64,000 nt of DNA from an uncultured Bacteroides sp. (lineage in GTDB: Bacteria > Bacteroidota > Bacteroidia > Bacteroidales > Bacteroidaceae). Below, piece after piece: positions 61,734-64,000 of the stretch; the first letter of the stretch is position 1, and every line of letters begins with the position of its first letter. The notes beneath the pieces were generated by a model that saw only the letters and a list, made by a program, of their open reading frames with translations, was not told where the DNA came from and did no database searches. The position numbers and the translations under genes were made by a program. The stretch spans positions 677 through 64,676 of the forward strand of contig USCT01000009.1 in NCBI GenBank assembly GCA_900553185.1, given 5' to 3'.

Positions 61734-63044
61734 TCATTCATCGCGCAAGGCATCGGCAGGCAATGTCCGGGCTGCCCGACGTACCGGAATATAAGTACCG
61801 ATAAGGGCAATAAGCAACAGTATCAGATAACTGATTATCAAGACAACCATAAAATGGAAACCGAAGCGGTTTTGCCCGTATGCCGGATTCGGTACAAAAT
61901 AACGGTTCATTTCCACTGCATATAGTCCGTTGGCTTGCGCATGATAGAGTAGTAATGGGATTACCAGTATGAAAGCTAATGTAAGCAACAACCAGGCCTC
62001 GATAAGGAATTGCCGCACAATACACCGTTGCGAAGCACCCATACTACGCATCACACCTATCTCTTCCCTACGGGCATTGCTACGAATCCAGAAGGTGCCC
62101 ACCATACCCAGAAAGATGCAAAGCAGGGCGAAACCAGTCAAGGCGTATTGCAAACGCAATTTATTGGTTACACCGCTCTGCATGGCATAAGCCTCGCTCA
62201 AGGCCGAAAACTTCTTCAGGCTATCAAAATAGAAATTGCCAACGGAAAGTTGAGGTCCCACTTCCTGCTGGAAACGCTGTTTGAAGGCTGATTCGTCCAC
62301 ACCCGGTTTCAGACGGATGACAAAAGGATACATCCACGCCATATAAGGACTTCCGTATATATCATCATACATGCGGACAATGAGCGGATAAGGCTGCTCG
62401 TAATCACGATGCTTGAAGTCACGGAATACACCCGCCACTTCCGAAGGTTCATCGCCCTCATAAACTTTTGTCCCTACAACATCCACCGTTCCAAAAAGAA
62501 GTCGGGCCAACCGTTCGGAAAGGAAAACTTTTCCTTGAGTCTGTTCGGGTAACCGGATATCATCGCCCGTACGGGCATCCTTCATGCCGTAGGTACGAAG
62601 CAGATTGCTGCCATCCAGTGTTATGAAATTGTACCACTGGGCATGTACGTAGCCTTCTCCTTTGTGTAAAGAGGCGGTATCGGCAAAAAGTTGCGTTCCG
62701 CTCCACGAGTTGCTGTTAGGAAAACTTTGGTTAGCAGAAATGGACCAGCTATCCACCTCAGGCTGCTCACGTACGATGCGGGCGATACGACGGTAAGCCA
62801 CCAAGCTCATCGAGTCGGAAGCCATATCGGGATTGAAGTTTCCATTCGTCACATCGTATACGCCGATGTTCACCACATAAAGTCCTTCGGGATTATAGCC
62901 CCGATCGATGGCACGGTTGGCAAGCAATACATAAATAGGATCGATGACGGTCCACAAGAAAAAACTGACAACCAGAAGTTCGAGAAATATCCAGCCGTTC
63001 TGACGGCGCTGGTTCCATAGTTGGTGTAAAATAGTTCGTATCAT
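61734..63044 (-). CDS. MacB/FtsX-type ABC permease, type B
   Basis: QLWNQRRQNGWIFLELLVV; GTFWIRS; ADALRDE. Confidence 0.88.
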   Translation of the reverse strand: MIRTILHQLWNQRRQNGWIFLELLVVSFFLWTVIDPIYVLLANRAIDRGYNPEGLYVVNIGVYDVTNGNFNPDMASDSMSLVAYRRIARIVREQPEVDSWSISANQSFPNSNSWSGTQLFADTASLHKGEGYVHAQWYNFITLDGSNLLRTYGMKDARTGDDIRLPEQTQGKVFLSERLARLLFGTVDVVGTKVYEGDEPSEVAGVFRDFKHRDYEQPYPLIVRMYDDIYGSPYMAWMYPFVIRLKPGVDESAFKQRFQQEVGPQLSVGNFYFDSLKKFSALSEAYAMQSGVTNKLRLQYALTGFALLCIFLGMVGTFWIRSNARREEIGVMRSMGASQRCIVRQFLIEAWLLLTLAFILVIPLLLYHAQANGLYAVEMNRYFVPNPAYGQNRFGFHFMVVLIISYLILLLIALIGTYIPVRRAARTLPADALRDE

Positions 63045-63050
63045 GACATT

Positions 63051-64000
63051 CTATCTTTTCGAGTTCAACGATTCCATGATGGGGTGCCGCAACGCATACA
63101 AAGCGGGTACAAGCGCCGATACCACATTGAGCACAACGCACACGGCCAAGGCAATGCCGAATACCGCAGGATTGAACAACATCTCTGCCGTGAACGAAGT
63201 GGAAAGAGAGGTGTCGTTAATGTCCTTGTCGAACAGTGTGAGAATCCAGTCGCTGGCCGTCCATACAATCAAATATGAGAACACCAATCCCACCAGTCCC
63301 CCTAACAAGGTCAACAAGAGATTCTCGCAGAGCACCTGTTCCAACAACCGGCGACGCGTAGCTCCGTATGCCTTGCGGATACCCAACTCCGAGATACGGC
63401 TATCCATCCGCGAAGAAATCATCCCGCTCAAATTTAATGCCGGAATGAAAAGCAAAGCCACCAGGATATAGAGAAAGTCTTTTGCCAAATTCATTGTATC
63501 CGGTGCCTTCTCCAATTCCTGACGGAAGGTACTGAGCCAATACCTGTCCGGTTGCCCCATCAGGTCGTATTCATAGTCTTTGTCCTGCTGGGAATATCGG
63601 CGGAACACATCCTGTACCTCACTACGCACTGTTTCAACATTCGCCTCATCGTCTACCAACAGGTAAGCGTACACATTACCCAATAACCCCATATTACCCA
63701 ATTCTTTCTGGATGTGTTGCGCATTGAGCAAGGGTAACCAAAGGTCGCCTACCGTTTCGGGAGTGGCATTGGATACATCCTGCACCACACCACACACCCG
63801 ATAATCACGCCCATTGAAACTGAAATGACGCCCTGTCACTCCTTCGACCGTAGCAAACAGGCGTCTGGCCAGTGATTCGCTCACGACAGCTACCAGCGCC
63901 TTAGCTTCCACATCTTCCTGTGTAAAAGGATTGCCTTCGATGAAACGGAAAGAAAAGAGTTTCCAAAAAGCTTCGTTGACAAAACGGGGAACGGCCTTGA
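63051..64000 (-). CDS. MacB/FtsX-type ABC permease, type A (5' end beyond the window)
   Basis: PALNLSGM...ELGIRKAYGA; frame stays open to the window edge. Confidence 0.85.
   Translation of the reverse strand, partial: KAVPRFVNEAFWKLFSFRFIEGNPFTQEDVEAKALVAVVSESLARRLFATVEGVTGRHFSFNGRDYRVCGVVQDVSNATPETVGDLWLPLLNAQHIQKELGNMGLLGNVYAYLLVDDEANVETVRSEVQDVFRRYSQQDKDYEYDLMGQPDRYWLSTFRQELEKAPDTMNLAKDFLYILVALLFIPALNLSGMISSRMDSRISELGIRKAYGATRRRLLEQVLCENLLLTLLGGLVGLVFSYLIVWTASDWILTLFDKDINDTSLSTSFTAEMLFNPAVFGIALAVCVVLNVVSALVPALYALRHPIMESLNSKR

Overview
Chromosomal window from a gut-type Bacteroidales genome (Bacteroides/Phocaeicola-like; inferred from TAnnTTTG promoters, gene content and the SRP RNA). Left to right it holds: a menaquinone cluster (menI-F-D-B, then menC-E); lipoproteins including a fimbrillin-like gene preceded by an unannotated 49-aa peptide gene; a DUF3836-CPBP-DUF2975-HTH operon with palindromic operators; dnaK with a sigma54-type promoter; an AT-rich islet with a SauUSI-like type IV restriction enzyme and a deleted AlbA_2/HTH pseudogene; a LytS/LytTR pair; a CoA-disulfide reductase-rhodanese-TusA-DsrE fusion with MarR and queH; gcvT and pepT separated by a structured non-coding element; a purF lacking the N-terminal Cys; ffs and two tRNA-Thr; the DUF4199-GT2-mntP-apbE block; and an array of at least 10 alternating MacB/FtsX-type permease genes with one ATPase, TolC and a sigma54 two-component system. 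The best leads are the peptide-fimbrillin pair, the permease-pair array and two candidate non-coding RNAs. All family calls come from reading motifs by eye; no searches were run.
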